In this document: piece after piece, positions 7,205 to 16,410 of the stretch
Layout: every line of letters starts with the position of its first letter
How positions within the stretch are numbered: the stretch's first letter is position 1
DNA from: a virus
Lineage: Duplodnaviria > Caudoviricetes
DNA length: 64,000 nucleotides
Virus record (IMG/VR): IMGVR_UViG_3300046167_000724
Strand: one strand, 5' to 3'
The notes under the pieces: generated by a model
What the model was told of the DNA's origin: nothing
The model's database searches: none
Seen by the model: the letters and a program-made list of their open reading frames with translations, nothing else
Position numbers and translations under genes: made by a program

Positions 7205-7838
7205 AGGCCCAATCCCCCAATTAAGGGAATGTCAACCCCCCACCCACATGTGCCAATGCGCATACTCAAGGGCTCCGGGGGCAAGTCCCCAATTTATAAA
7301 TTTTTGTGTGCAAGGGTTAGGGTACCACATGACAACTAATAATAAGCAATAGGTGATAAAGAATGTGCAATATGCTAATTAACTATCACACCCCATGAAA
7401 GCTTAAAATTACCCTTGTAGGTAAATGAACCCAAGCAACGCTAATAGGAGACCCCCGATACTTAGAGCCTAGGGTTTCCCTGGAAAAAACTTAGAAAAAA
7501 AGAAGTCGCCCCTACAAAAAAAATTGGGCGCCCCGTAAAAGGGGTAAAATACCCCCGAAGCGACCGTGAACTAACGGTCGATACCCATACGATACTAGGA
7601 GCTACTCAGAGTACCCATAAACTACTGGAACCCAGAGTGTTAGACAAATACCCTCCGGTAAGTCCTCTAACCATCTGAACGGCCAGGGGCCCCTTAAAAC
7701 AGGCGAAGCCAATTGAGTTCCAGACCGATACTAAAAGAATTAAAAGAACCCAGAGTACTCAAAGCACTCAGAGTAACTGCCAGACCCACAGTACGGCGTG
7801 AAGCCAGGTCAGTGTGCTTGCAAGGGCCGAGTGCCCCT

Positions 7839-7866
7839 GAAACAAAAAATAATTAACCCGTATAAT
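7839..7866 (+). promoter_or_regulatory. Class II promoter GAAAC-N17-TATAAT
   Basis: Motif recurs at 8668, 9966, 11151, 13193, 15165, 26252, 61210 and 61439, each upstream of a gene. Confidence 0.65.
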
Positions 7867-7907
7867 AAGGGTGTCCCAAAAGAGGCGACGCCGAAACTTA
7901 AAGTAGT

Positions 7908-8267
7908 ATGACAATAACACACGACAGTGATACCGGGCCGACACTAACAGGACCTATGAGTAGACAAGAGTTTTTAAAAACATTACAGACCCAGATAGGA
8001 CGTGTAGAGTTTATTGAAAGGAATAAGAGTAACAACCCGATACACCCTTATAGTAAACTCGGAGAGGGTTACATCATTATGCAACTGGGAGAGTTCTTCC
8101 CGGTACTATACGATAGTGTAAGAAACCCCGAGGCTTATATGTCAGCTACCGGTGGTTGGGGTATTGTAGTGGGCCGTCATAACGGTGCAGGGGATTTCTT
8201 TACGGTTCCTGTAAGTTGGGAGGGTGTGCTCTCGGTCATTGAAAGTAACTACAAGGCTCTCGGCTAA
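7908..8267 (+). CDS. Hypothetical protein
   Basis: ORF downstream of a class II promoter. Confidence 0.6.
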   Translation: MTITHDSDTGPTLTGPMSRQEFLKTLQTQIGRVEFIERNKSNNPIHPYSKLGEGYIIMQLGEFFPVLYDSVRNPEAYMSATGGWGIVVGRHNGAGDFFTVPVSWEGVLSVIESNYKALG

Positions 8268-8292
8268 GGGGGCCAATAATATTAGGCAAAAT

Positions 8293-8445
8293 ATGGATTG
8301 GTTTGAATCACTTGGTATGATGAATAAAATAGGCACTACAGTTATATTAGCGGCAATTGCATCTGTTACAGTTTGCATGGTAGTAGTATTAATTGATATA
8401 GTACAAAGCGGCTGGCGCTACTTAATGAATAAATTGAAAAAATAA
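8293..8445 (+). CDS. Small membrane protein (start revised to 8293)
   Basis: MDWFESLG...VILAAIASVTVCMVVVLI single transmembrane helix. Confidence 0.5.
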   Translation: MDWFESLGMMNKIGTTVILAAIASVTVCMVVVLIDIVQSGWRYLMNKLKK

Positions 8446-8623
8446 AAAATTAAAAAAATCAATTATTTATTTAGGGTACAAAAATTTCCCTATGCAGAAA
8501 ATCTTAAGGTTTATTTAAATATCGGTACATTGTGTGTAAATGTGGCGGAGTTAATTGAAAAATTAAAAAATTAAAAAAATCAATTATTTATTTGGTGGTC
8601 TAAAATTTCCCTTCGCTGAAATA
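8432..8623. repeat. Imperfect direct duplication of a ~70-bp AT-rich unit (8432-8500 and 8553-8623)
   Basis: aattgaaaaa(a/t)taaaaaattaaaaaaatcaattatttattt...aaaatttccct occurs twice. Confidence 0.8.
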
Positions 8624-8723
8624 ATTTTTTTTAATTTTAAAAACTTAAAGAATCGGTGGACTGAGATGAAACATTCTTTGTTTAATTAACTATAACTATA
8701 ATAGTAATAACAATAAACATAAT

Positions 8724-8951
8724 ATGGAAGATAACATTAACGAAGTAAAAATTGTTCAAGGTGACGTTTTAGCGATGACCTTTTTAACAAAAGTTTTTAA
8801 CGAGGATGCGGAAACTGTTGCGGCAGTTTTAGCAGCGATGGCCGCGGGTGACCGTGATGAAATAATTAATCTAACAGTTGAGAAGAACCTAACCGATGAC
8901 CTAATTGAAAATGCAATTATGCAGTTTCATGCGACTAAAAAGAATTTATAA
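8724..8951 (+). CDS. Hypothetical protein
   Basis: ORF downstream of the class II promoter at 8668. Confidence 0.6.
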   Translation: MEDNINEVKIVQGDVLAMTFLTKVFNEDAETVAAVLAAMAAGDRDEIINLTVEKNLTDDLIENAIMQFHATKKNL

Positions 8952-8973
8952 CGGTTAATATACTCTTAAAAGA

Positions 8974-9378
8974 ATGGTAGAAGTTAACTATACATATCAT
9001 GCAGAAGTTGTACGAGTTGTAGATGGTGATACTGTCATTGCTAACGTCGATGTTGGCTTTGATATGTGGAAGCGTTGTAATATTAGATTACATGGGATTA
9101 ATACACCTGAAACTAGAACACGTGATCTTGAAGAAAAAGAAGCTGGGTTAAAAGCTAAAGACCGTCTTATTGAATTATTACAGGCTACTGATAATAAATT
9201 TATATTAAAATCAATGGGGCTAGATAAGTATGGTAGATCTTTGGGTGTTATTTACGCGGGATATCAAGATATCAAACCGTGGGATGACTCTTCAGAATCG
9301 CGTCCAGTATTCCTTAGTTTAAATGAACTATTAATAACAGAAGGATTGGCCGTAGCATACTTCGGTGGAAAAAGATAA
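8974..9378 (+). CDS. Thermonuclease (SNase-like)
   Basis: VVRVVDGDT, IRLHGINTPE and DKYGRSLG motifs. Confidence 0.85.
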   Translation: MVEVNYTYHAEVVRVVDGDTVIANVDVGFDMWKRCNIRLHGINTPETRTRDLEEKEAGLKAKDRLIELLQATDNKFILKSMGLDKYGRSLGVIYAGYQDIKPWDDSSESRPVFLSLNELLITEGLAVAYFGGKR

Positions 9379-9397
9379 AAATTAAAAAAATAAAATT

Positions 9398-9799
9398 ATG
9401 GAATTTTTAAAAAAACTATTTAACTTCTCAGGTACTATTAGTGGTGTTGATTTTCTCATCAGATGGGTTTCTTCAATAATCCTACAATGGCCGGGTGGAT
9501 TTTTAATCGGATATGGTATTGTCTCTGGAATTATGGGACTTACAATGTTGGGCGTGCTTATAGCATGTGTTGGTATTGTATTACAATTTTCAACATTAAG
9601 AAAAAGAGCTAGGGCATTATTCACTGATAATAACGACCTACATTTTTATATTGTATATTTGATACTTAGTATTATACAAGGTTTTACAAACGATATGGAA
9701 CTTATAATTTCAATACCTATTAATATTTTAGTGTTGATTGTATTTAGTATAGCTTTGTTTAAAAACTCTGGTATTTCACCTGATTCACATTTAGGTTAA
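9398..9799 (+). CDS. Multi-pass membrane protein (DUF805-like)
   Basis: FNFSGTI start, several transmembrane helices, STLRKRAR. Confidence 0.5.
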   Translation: MEFLKKLFNFSGTISGVDFLIRWVSSIILQWPGGFLIGYGIVSGIMGLTMLGVLIACVGIVLQFSTLRKRARALFTDNNDLHFYIVYLILSIIQGFTNDMELIISIPINILVLIVFSIALFKNSGISPDSHLG

Positions 9800-9925
9800 T
9801 TAAATGACTATCAATAGAGGCAAAATGCAATATTATAATAAATTTTAAAATATTACAAGATATATAACATAACGAATTTGTTTCCACTCCGGTAAGAAAT
9901 ATATGTTCAAATATTTGTTCAAGTC

Positions 9926-9964
9926 AAAACCCTAACGCCAAACCCGTTAGGGTTTTCTTTTTTT
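9926..9964 (+). terminator. Intrinsic terminator
   Basis: aaaaccctaacg-ccaaacc-cgttagggtttt followed by a T-tract. Confidence 0.8.
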
Positions 9965-10018
9965 ATAAACAAAAATAACATTTCACCGTATAACATTAGT
10001 AATTAAAAATATTATACT

Positions 10019-10687
10019 ATGAAATTCAATAAGCCCGATAAAGCAACTGATGCATGGCAAATCATGCGCATTCAAGCAGAATTTACAAAAGGCTTTGATA
10101 CCTTTAATAAATTAGGACCATGTGTATCTGTATTCGGTTCAGCAAGAACTTCAAAAAAAGATAAATGGTACAAAGAGGCACGTAAGTTTGGTGGCCTAAT
10201 GGCAGAATCAAATATTGGCGTTATCTCAGGTGGTGGTCCAGGTATTATGGAGGCTGTTAATCAAGGCTGCCAAGAAGCTGGTGGTGTTTCGGTTGGCGTG
10301 GGTATTGAATTACCATTTGAGGCTGAAATGAATCCTTATATTAATGTAGGTGTGGAGAATAGATACTTCTTTACACGTAAAGTCATGTTCATGAAATATT
10401 CTCAAGGATATGTAGTCTTTCCAGGCGGGCTCGGTACACTCGATGAGCTATTTGAAGCACTTACATTAATTCAATGTAGTCATATACAAACGCAACCAAT
10501 TGTACTTGTAGGTAAGAAATACTGGGAAGGTCTTATGGATTGGTTAATGAATATGGTTAATGCATCTGGTAGAATGAGCTTGAAAGACTTTGATTTATTC
10601 AGAATCGTGGATTCTGCTGAAGAAGCTGCTGAAAAGATTAATGAATATCATGATAAATTCAATCCGGAAAGTAGCGTAAACTTTTAA
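10019..10687 (+). CDS. LOG family nucleotide phosphoribohydrolase (TIGR00730-like)
   Basis: VSVFGSAR, GGGPGIMEA, YFFTRKVMF, PGGLGTLDELFE. Confidence 0.9.
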   Translation: MKFNKPDKATDAWQIMRIQAEFTKGFDTFNKLGPCVSVFGSARTSKKDKWYKEARKFGGLMAESNIGVISGGGPGIMEAVNQGCQEAGGVSVGVGIELPFEAEMNPYINVGVENRYFFTRKVMFMKYSQGYVVFPGGLGTLDELFEALTLIQCSHIQTQPIVLVGKKYWEGLMDWLMNMVNASGRMSLKDFDLFRIVDSAEEAAEKINEYHDKFNPESSVNF

Positions 10688-10690
10688 TCT

Positions 10691-11149
10691 ATGAAATTTA
10701 GGAGGCTTACAGATTCAGTGCAAATAAATCTAGGTGAATATTTAAAAAAATATATAGACGAAGTGGGTGCTGAAAATGTTAGACTTTATATTGGTTGTGA
10801 TAGCCAAAATAAAAAGTCATGGACAAGTTACGCAACTACGGTAGTTATACATATTGGCAACACGGGTTGTCATGTACTCTATCAACGTGAGCGTATATCA
10901 CCTAGAATAAATGACTTCTGGACCAGGCTATGGAGAGAAGTTGAACGTTCGGTTGAAGTTGCACTATACCTACAAGAATACAATATAATTGTAGACAATA
11001 TAGATTTAGACCTAAACTCAGACCCTAATATGAAATCACATAAGTTGGTTTCAGCAGCTCGTGGTTATGTTGAGTCATTAGGTATTAAGGCTAATATTAA
11101 ACCTGAATTATTACCAGCTATTTGCGCTGCTGATAATATAGTTAAATAA
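10691..11149 (+). CDS. RNase H-like protein (YkuK/DUF458 family)
   Basis: LYIGCDSQ, RLWREVERS, DLDLN and ICAAD acidic motifs. Confidence 0.75.
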   Translation: MKFRRLTDSVQINLGEYLKKYIDEVGAENVRLYIGCDSQNKKSWTSYATTVVIHIGNTGCHVLYQRERISPRINDFWTRLWREVERSVEVALYLQEYNIIVDNIDLDLNSDPNMKSHKLVSAARGYVESLGIKANIKPELLPAICAADNIVK

Positions 11150-11201
11150 ATAAACATAATCGGCTTTCGCCATATAATAATAAAATAAATTAAGCACATA
11201 T

Positions 11202-13211
11202 ATGAATCCAGATCCTTACGATAATAATAGTGGTAAAAAACCAATTAAAAAATTAGGTAAGACTCCATTTATTGATCAGTTTGGTGAAGACTTAACGGAA
11301 CTTGCAAAGAACGGTAAATTAGACCGCATCATTGGACGTGACGCTGAAATTCTTCGCATTTGTCAAATTCTTGCACGTCGCAAGAAAAACAACCCAATCA
11401 TCTTAGGTGAACCTGGTGTTGGTAAAACCGCTATTGTGGAAGCTATAGCTCAACGTATTATTGAAGGTAAAGTTGCGCGCACCCTTATTGGTAAGCGCCT
11501 TGTATCTCTTAATATGACAATCATTGTTGCAGGTACTAAATACCGTGGTGAGTTTGAAGAGCGCATGAAAAACATCGTTGATGAACTTAAGGCTAATCCT
11601 AACATTATTTGTTTCATCGATGAAATTCACACAATCGTTGGTGCAGGTGGTGTTTCAGGTTCATTAGATGCTTCGAACATTCTTAAGCCGGCTTTAGCAC
11701 GTGGTCAAGTACAATGTATTGGCGCAACTACTCTTGACGAGTACCGTGAGAATATTGAAGATGATGGTGCACTTACACGTCGCTTCCAAGAAGTATTCAT
11801 TGAATCACCTTCTGTTGAAGACACTATTGAAATTCTAAAACGCATTAAAGACAAGTATGAAGACCACCATGCGGTTGAGTACACTGAGGATGCCATTGAA
11901 GCATGTGCTAAGCTAACTGACCGTTATATTACCTCACGTGAATTACCGGACAAGGCAATTGACTTAATGGATGAAGCTGGTGCTAAATTACACTTAGAAG
12001 AAGTTAAGGTCCCTAATTCTATTAAGAAGATTGAAATTACTGCAGAAGAACTAAAAGAAAAGAAACTTAACAGTGTTAAAGAACAGGACTACGAAAAAGC
12101 AGCAACATTTCGTGACAAAGAAATGACAAAGCGTAAAGAGCTTGATAGTGCTATTGTAGCTTGGGAAAAGTCGCTGAATGAGAATCGCAAAAAAGTTACA
12201 TTCGATATTATTGCAGAAACACTATCACAACAAACTGGAATTCCACTTTCACGCCTTTCGGGCGATGAGCATAAAATGATTAAGCAATTAGGTATTGAAC
12301 TTAAAAAGCAAATTATTGGACAAGACCAAGCCGTTGAAGTATTATCAAATGTTATTAAGCGCTCACGTGCTGGTGTATCATCTTATAAGAAACCAATTGG
12401 TTCGTTTATGTTCTTAGGACCAACCGGTGTTGGTAAAACTGAAACGGTTAAAGCACTTACACGCTATATGTTTGGTACTGAAGATAGCATGATTAGAATT
12501 GATATGTCTGAATACCAAGAAAAACACAATGTTGCACGCTTAACCGGTGCGCCTCCGGGATATGTTGGGTTTGAAGATGGTGGCCAATTAACTGAGGCTG
12601 TGAGACGCAAGCCTTATTCTGTAGTCTTGTTTGATGAAATTGAGAAAGCTCACCCAGACACGTTTAATATACTTCTACAGGTACTTGATGATGGTCGCTT
12701 AACGGATTCTTTAGGTAGAGTTGTAGATTTCACAAATACTATTATTGTAATGACATCAAACGTAGGTGCTAAGAAAGCTGCTGAGTTTGGTTCAGGTATT
12801 GGATTCTCAAGTAAATCATCTATTGCATCTGATACTGCAAAAATTGAATCAATCATTGATAAAGAACTTAAGAATAAGTTTACACCTGAGTTTTTAAATA
12901 GACTTGACGAAACTGTTTTGTTTAATCAACTTTCAAGTGAAGATATGATTAAGATTGTAGATATCGAATTAGACCAAGTTAACGAAAGAATGCTTGAGCA
13001 AGATATTGAACTTAAATTCACTAAGGTTGCCAAGGAGTTTCTAATGACTGAGGGATATGACCCAGCATACGGTGCACGTCCTCTTAAAAGGGCAGTGCAG
13101 AAGTACGTTGAAGATATTGTAGCAGATGGTATTTTAGATGGTAAAATTCTTAGTGGAAACACATATACTATCACATATAAGAAAGGTTCTGATAAACTTT
13201 TTGTAAAATAA
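11202..13211 (+). CDS. clpC: ClpC-type Hsp100 ATPase lacking the N-terminal domain
   Basis: Two AAA modules (GEPGVGKT, GPTGVGKT), UVR-type middle domain (VKEQDYEKAATFRDKE), ClpP-docking IGF loop; only ~20 aa precede the TPFIDQFG linker. Confidence 0.85.
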   Translation: MNPDPYDNNSGKKPIKKLGKTPFIDQFGEDLTELAKNGKLDRIIGRDAEILRICQILARRKKNNPIILGEPGVGKTAIVEAIAQRIIEGKVARTLIGKRLVSLNMTIIVAGTKYRGEFEERMKNIVDELKANPNIICFIDEIHTIVGAGGVSGSLDASNILKPALARGQVQCIGATTLDEYRENIEDDGALTRRFQEVFIESPSVEDTIEILKRIKDKYEDHHAVEYTEDAIEACAKLTDRYITSRELPDKAIDLMDEAGAKLHLEEVKVPNSIKKIEITAEELKEKKLNSVKEQDYEKAATFRDKEMTKRKELDSAIVAWEKSLNENRKKVTFDIIAETLSQQTGIPLSRLSGDEHKMIKQLGIELKKQIIGQDQAVEVLSNVIKRSRAGVSSYKKPIGSFMFLGPTGVGKTETVKALTRYMFGTEDSMIRIDMSEYQEKHNVARLTGAPPGYVGFEDGGQLTEAVRRKPYSVVLFDEIEKAHPDTFNILLQVLDDGRLTDSLGRVVDFTNTIIVMTSNVGAKKAAEFGSGIGFSSKSSIASDTAKIESIIDKELKNKFTPEFLNRLDETVLFNQLSSEDMIKIVDIELDQVNERMLEQDIELKFTKVAKEFLMTEGYDPAYGARPLKRAVQKYVEDIVADGILDGKILSGNTYTITYKKGSDKLFVK

Positions 13212-13244
13212 TCATATAATAAGTGATTATAATAACAACACAAT

Positions 13245-14087
13245 ATGTTTAACGATACATTCAAAAAAATTATTAAAGATATCAAACAAGATGGTCAACT
13301 CTCTCAACCTCGCGATATGCAGGTTAGAGAGTTAACTATTGACCAGCGAGAGTTTGACCCTAAATTCACAATTGCAGATTTCAAATCACGCGCATTTAAT
13401 TACAAGTACTTTGCAGGCGAACTTGCGTGGTACCTAATGAAAGACCGTGACATTGATTACATCTCAAAGTTCTCAGGCTTCTGGAAACACATCACAAACC
13501 CAGACACTAACGAAATTAATTCAAACTATGGTTCACTAATTTTCAATGACCAACTACAATGGGTTATTGATTCACTTAAAGCTGATAAGAATACACGTCA
13601 AGCGATTGCATTCTTAAATCAACCTAAGTACCAATTTGAAGGTAATAAAGATTTCGTATGTACAATGTATCTTAATTTCTTTATTCGCAATAACAAGTTA
13701 AATATGAAAGTGCAAATGCGCTCAAATGATATCTTTTATGGATTGACATTTGATGCACCTTTCTTTTCTTTTGTATACCAGCATGTTCTTATGGAACTAC
13801 AGGTAAATTATCCAAATCTAGACTTTGGTACTTATTACCATTGTGCTGATAATATTCACTTCTATGAGCGTCACTTTGAATTAGCTGATAAGATTTTAGA
13901 TGAAGGTCGATATGATATTAACCCAACAGAGGTTAGAGTTAAATTGCCGTTATTCAAAATAGAAAATGGTGAATGTATTATAACACACGTTGGCAATGAA
14001 TACATTAAAGAAGTAAACGCTTTAGTTGAAGCTGAAGCAACGCAAGAACAATATAAAGAATTATTATACAAATACGTACTAGCATAA
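13245..14087 (+). CDS. Thymidylate-synthase-superfamily enzyme, dCMP hydroxymethylase (T4 gp42)-like
   Basis: NSNYG, RQAI, KDFVCT, MRSNDIFYGLTFD, HFYERHF; Asp at the pyrimidine-specificity position. Confidence 0.7.
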   Translation: MFNDTFKKIIKDIKQDGQLSQPRDMQVRELTIDQREFDPKFTIADFKSRAFNYKYFAGELAWYLMKDRDIDYISKFSGFWKHITNPDTNEINSNYGSLIFNDQLQWVIDSLKADKNTRQAIAFLNQPKYQFEGNKDFVCTMYLNFFIRNNKLNMKVQMRSNDIFYGLTFDAPFFSFVYQHVLMELQVNYPNLDFGTYYHCADNIHFYERHFELADKILDEGRYDINPTEVRVKLPLFKIENGECIITHVGNEYIKEVNALVEAEATQEQYKELLYKYVLA

Positions 14088-14440
14088 TGGAACCAGAATT
14101 TTATACAGACAATTGGGAAGATGATAGTCATATCCCACGAATTGAAATAGAAGATTTTCAAACTATCAAGGATGTTGAATTAGAACTAGTAACTAACCAC
14201 GACGTATTTTATCGCAGAATTATAACATATGTAATTGACGTAATTGAGAATAAATTACCAGCCGACGAACCTCTTGCTATTTTAATAGATGAAAACGGCA
14301 TGGAGTATGATATGGACCTACCAGTTGATGGCTTTATTAAATCACTTACAAAATGCATGGAATATTTTACTACAATAGAAGAATATGAAACATGTACCCT
14401 AATTAAAGACTTAATTAAAATAACCGAACAAGGATTATAA
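14087..14440 (+). CDS. Acidic protein with C-terminal UvrB/C (UVR)-like motif
   Basis: KCMEYFTTIEEYETCTLIKDL; stop 1 nt upstream of the clpP start. Confidence 0.5.
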   Translation: MEPEFYTDNWEDDSHIPRIEIEDFQTIKDVELELVTNHDVFYRRIITYVIDVIENKLPADEPLAILIDENGMEYDMDLPVDGFIKSLTKCMEYFTTIEEYETCTLIKDLIKITEQGL

Positions 14441-14441
14441 T

Positions 14442-15107
14442 ATGAACTACGGAAACGAATTTAAAAAATACGCGATGAGTGACTTCAACCTCAGCTCATC
14501 AAACATGGACTACTACCAAAAGCAAATCGAAGGTTCTATGACACCTTACATTCTTGAAGAGCGTGAAATGAGAATGACACAGATGGATATCTTCTCTAGA
14601 TTGATGCGTGATCGCATTCTTTGGGTTGCAGGTCCTGTAAATGATAACATGTCAACTGTTGTACAGGCTCAACTTATGTTCTTAGACAACGCCAGTAAAG
14701 ATGACATTACGATGCACATTGATTCACCGGGTGGTTCTGTTAAATCAGGTCTATCAATGGTTGACGTTATGGAATACATCCCAACAGATATTCGCACGGT
14801 CAACACTGGAATGGCGGCTTCTATGGGCTCTGTGCTTTTAGGTGCGGGTACCAAAGGAAAGCGTGCATCACTAAGACACTCTCGTACTATGTTACACCAA
14901 TCTTCTGGTGGGTTCTCTGGAAACATTCAAGATGCTGAAGTAGATTGGAAAGAATGGCAAAAGATTAACAAAGAATTGTTTATCTTATTAGGTGAGTATT
15001 GTGGTAAGACTGCTGCAAAAGTTGCAAAGGATGCTACTCGTGATTTCTGGTTGACCGCAGATGAAGCGTTGAATTACGGTATTATTGATGAAGTTATTAG
15101 ACGATAA
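14442..15107 (+). CDS. clpP: ATP-dependent Clp protease proteolytic subunit
   Basis: MTPYILEER, DIFSRLM, IDSPGGSV, catalytic GMAASMG, MLHQ and RDFW; Bacteroidota-type N-terminus. Confidence 0.95.
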   Translation: MNYGNEFKKYAMSDFNLSSSNMDYYQKQIEGSMTPYILEEREMRMTQMDIFSRLMRDRILWVAGPVNDNMSTVVQAQLMFLDNASKDDITMHIDSPGGSVKSGLSMVDVMEYIPTDIRTVNTGMAASMGSVLLGAGTKGKRASLRHSRTMLHQSSGGFSGNIQDAEVDWKEWQKINKELFILLGEYCGKTAAKVAKDATRDFWLTADEALNYGIIDEVIRR

Positions 15108-15127
15108 AATATTAAACTCTAAACATT

Positions 15128-15159
15128 AAAAGACCCGAGGCATTTGTCTTGGGTCTTTT
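15128..15159 (+). terminator. Intrinsic terminator after clpP
   Basis: aaaagacccgag ... cttgggtctttt. Confidence 0.75.
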
Positions 15160-15209
15160 ATATTGAAACAATAACATATTATAAGCGTATAATAATAAAA
15201 TAATAACAC

Positions 15210-15515
15210 ATGAATATATTAGAAGAAGCTAACAAGATTATCAATCAACGTTCTGAAGAGAAAGAACGTATGTATGGACCCTTTGAAGATGGTATGGACC
15301 GTGCAGCTATGATTGCATCAGGAATGACCGGTAAAGATTTTACAGGTGCTGATATGTACGCGGCATTGATTGCTCTCAAGTTTAGCCGTCACTCTTATAA
15401 TTATAAAGAAGATAACCTACTTGACGCCGCAGCTTATATTGGTGGACTTGATAATTACATCAAGAAAAATGGCTATAATGATTACGGTGCTGATAATACA
15501 GCAACTGAAGAATAA
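15210..15515 (+). CDS. All-alpha NTP-pyrophosphatase-like protein (recalled as DUF6378)
   Basis: ILEEANKIIN-R...YG...LIALKFSR...DNLLDAAAY pattern. Confidence 0.65.
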   Translation: MNILEEANKIINQRSEEKERMYGPFEDGMDRAAMIASGMTGKDFTGADMYAALIALKFSRHSYNYKEDNLLDAAAYIGGLDNYIKKNGYNDYGADNTATEE

Positions 15516-16405
15516 TGAGTAAGGGTCCGTTTTCATATAGCGGAAATAAAACCAGGATTTACAATGCGTATCTTAAACCTATTATGCGAAAGTACAATAG
15601 GATTCATGAACCCTTTGTAGGTTCTGGTGTTTGTATGTACAATGCTAATAATGGTGGAATGTCAACTGATGTTGACCCCGCCGTTGTTGCAATGCACAAC
15701 GCGCTTTTAGACAGCGAATTACCCAATAGAATGCAAGCCTGTTACAATAAGTTTTTTGCAACAGGTCATACTAAAGAATCGTACAACACCTTGCGAGAAG
15801 CGTTTAATACTGACTGGATGCTTAATGGTATCACACCTAAAAATGTACACCAGCTTTATGTCTTAGCCCAAATCTCTTTCAATTCGCTTATAAGGTTTAG
15901 TAAAAATGGTTTCAATGTACCGTTTGGTGAAAAGCCATTAGATATAGAGCGTATCAAATTGCACGTTACAATATACAAGACTAAAGATATTCAAGTTACA
16001 CTATCAGGATATAATACTATAGACCTTAATAAGGTTGACAAAGATAGAGATATTATTTATCTAGACCCGCCTTATATTGCAAGTAAGTTTCAATATGGTG
16101 GTTGGGGTAAAAAAGATGAAAAGGAACTCTTGGATTTTATAACTAAATTAGACCAGCTTGGTTATAACTTTATTTTATCAAACACGTTTTCACATAAGGG
16201 TGAGATTAACACAGCACTTATAGACTGGGCAAAAGACTACAATGCATACTTGATTGACATGAGCTACAACGCGTGGTCTGCTCGTGTTACTTCTGTAGAG
16301 CGAGAAGACCAAACCGTTGAAGTACTTATTACAAACTTACAAGACGGTTTTAATGATCTTGCAAACGCGAATGCAAATAAATTATCAACAACTGAACTTT
16401 TTTAG
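15515..16405 (+). CDS. dam: DNA N6-adenine methyltransferase (Dam/D12 class)
   Basis: PFSYSGNK, EPFVGSG, RFSKNGFNVPFG, IYLDPPY. Confidence 0.85.
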   Translation: MSKGPFSYSGNKTRIYNAYLKPIMRKYNRIHEPFVGSGVCMYNANNGGMSTDVDPAVVAMHNALLDSELPNRMQACYNKFFATGHTKESYNTLREAFNTDWMLNGITPKNVHQLYVLAQISFNSLIRFSKNGFNVPFGEKPLDIERIKLHVTIYKTKDIQVTLSGYNTIDLNKVDKDRDIIYLDPPYIASKFQYGGWGKKDEKELLDFITKLDQLGYNFILSNTFSHKGEINTALIDWAKDYNAYLIDMSYNAWSARVTSVEREDQTVEVLITNLQDGFNDLANANANKLSTTELF

Positions 16406-16410
16406 TTTTA

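Noticed and set aside
11202-13211. Calling the Hsp100 ATPase ClpB
   Set aside because: The middle domain is the short UVR type and an IGF ClpP-docking loop is present, which fits ClpC.
13245-14087. Calling the gene canonical thyA
   Set aside because: It lacks the PPCH and PFN signatures and has Asp at the specificity position; thymidylate synthase activity is still not excluded.
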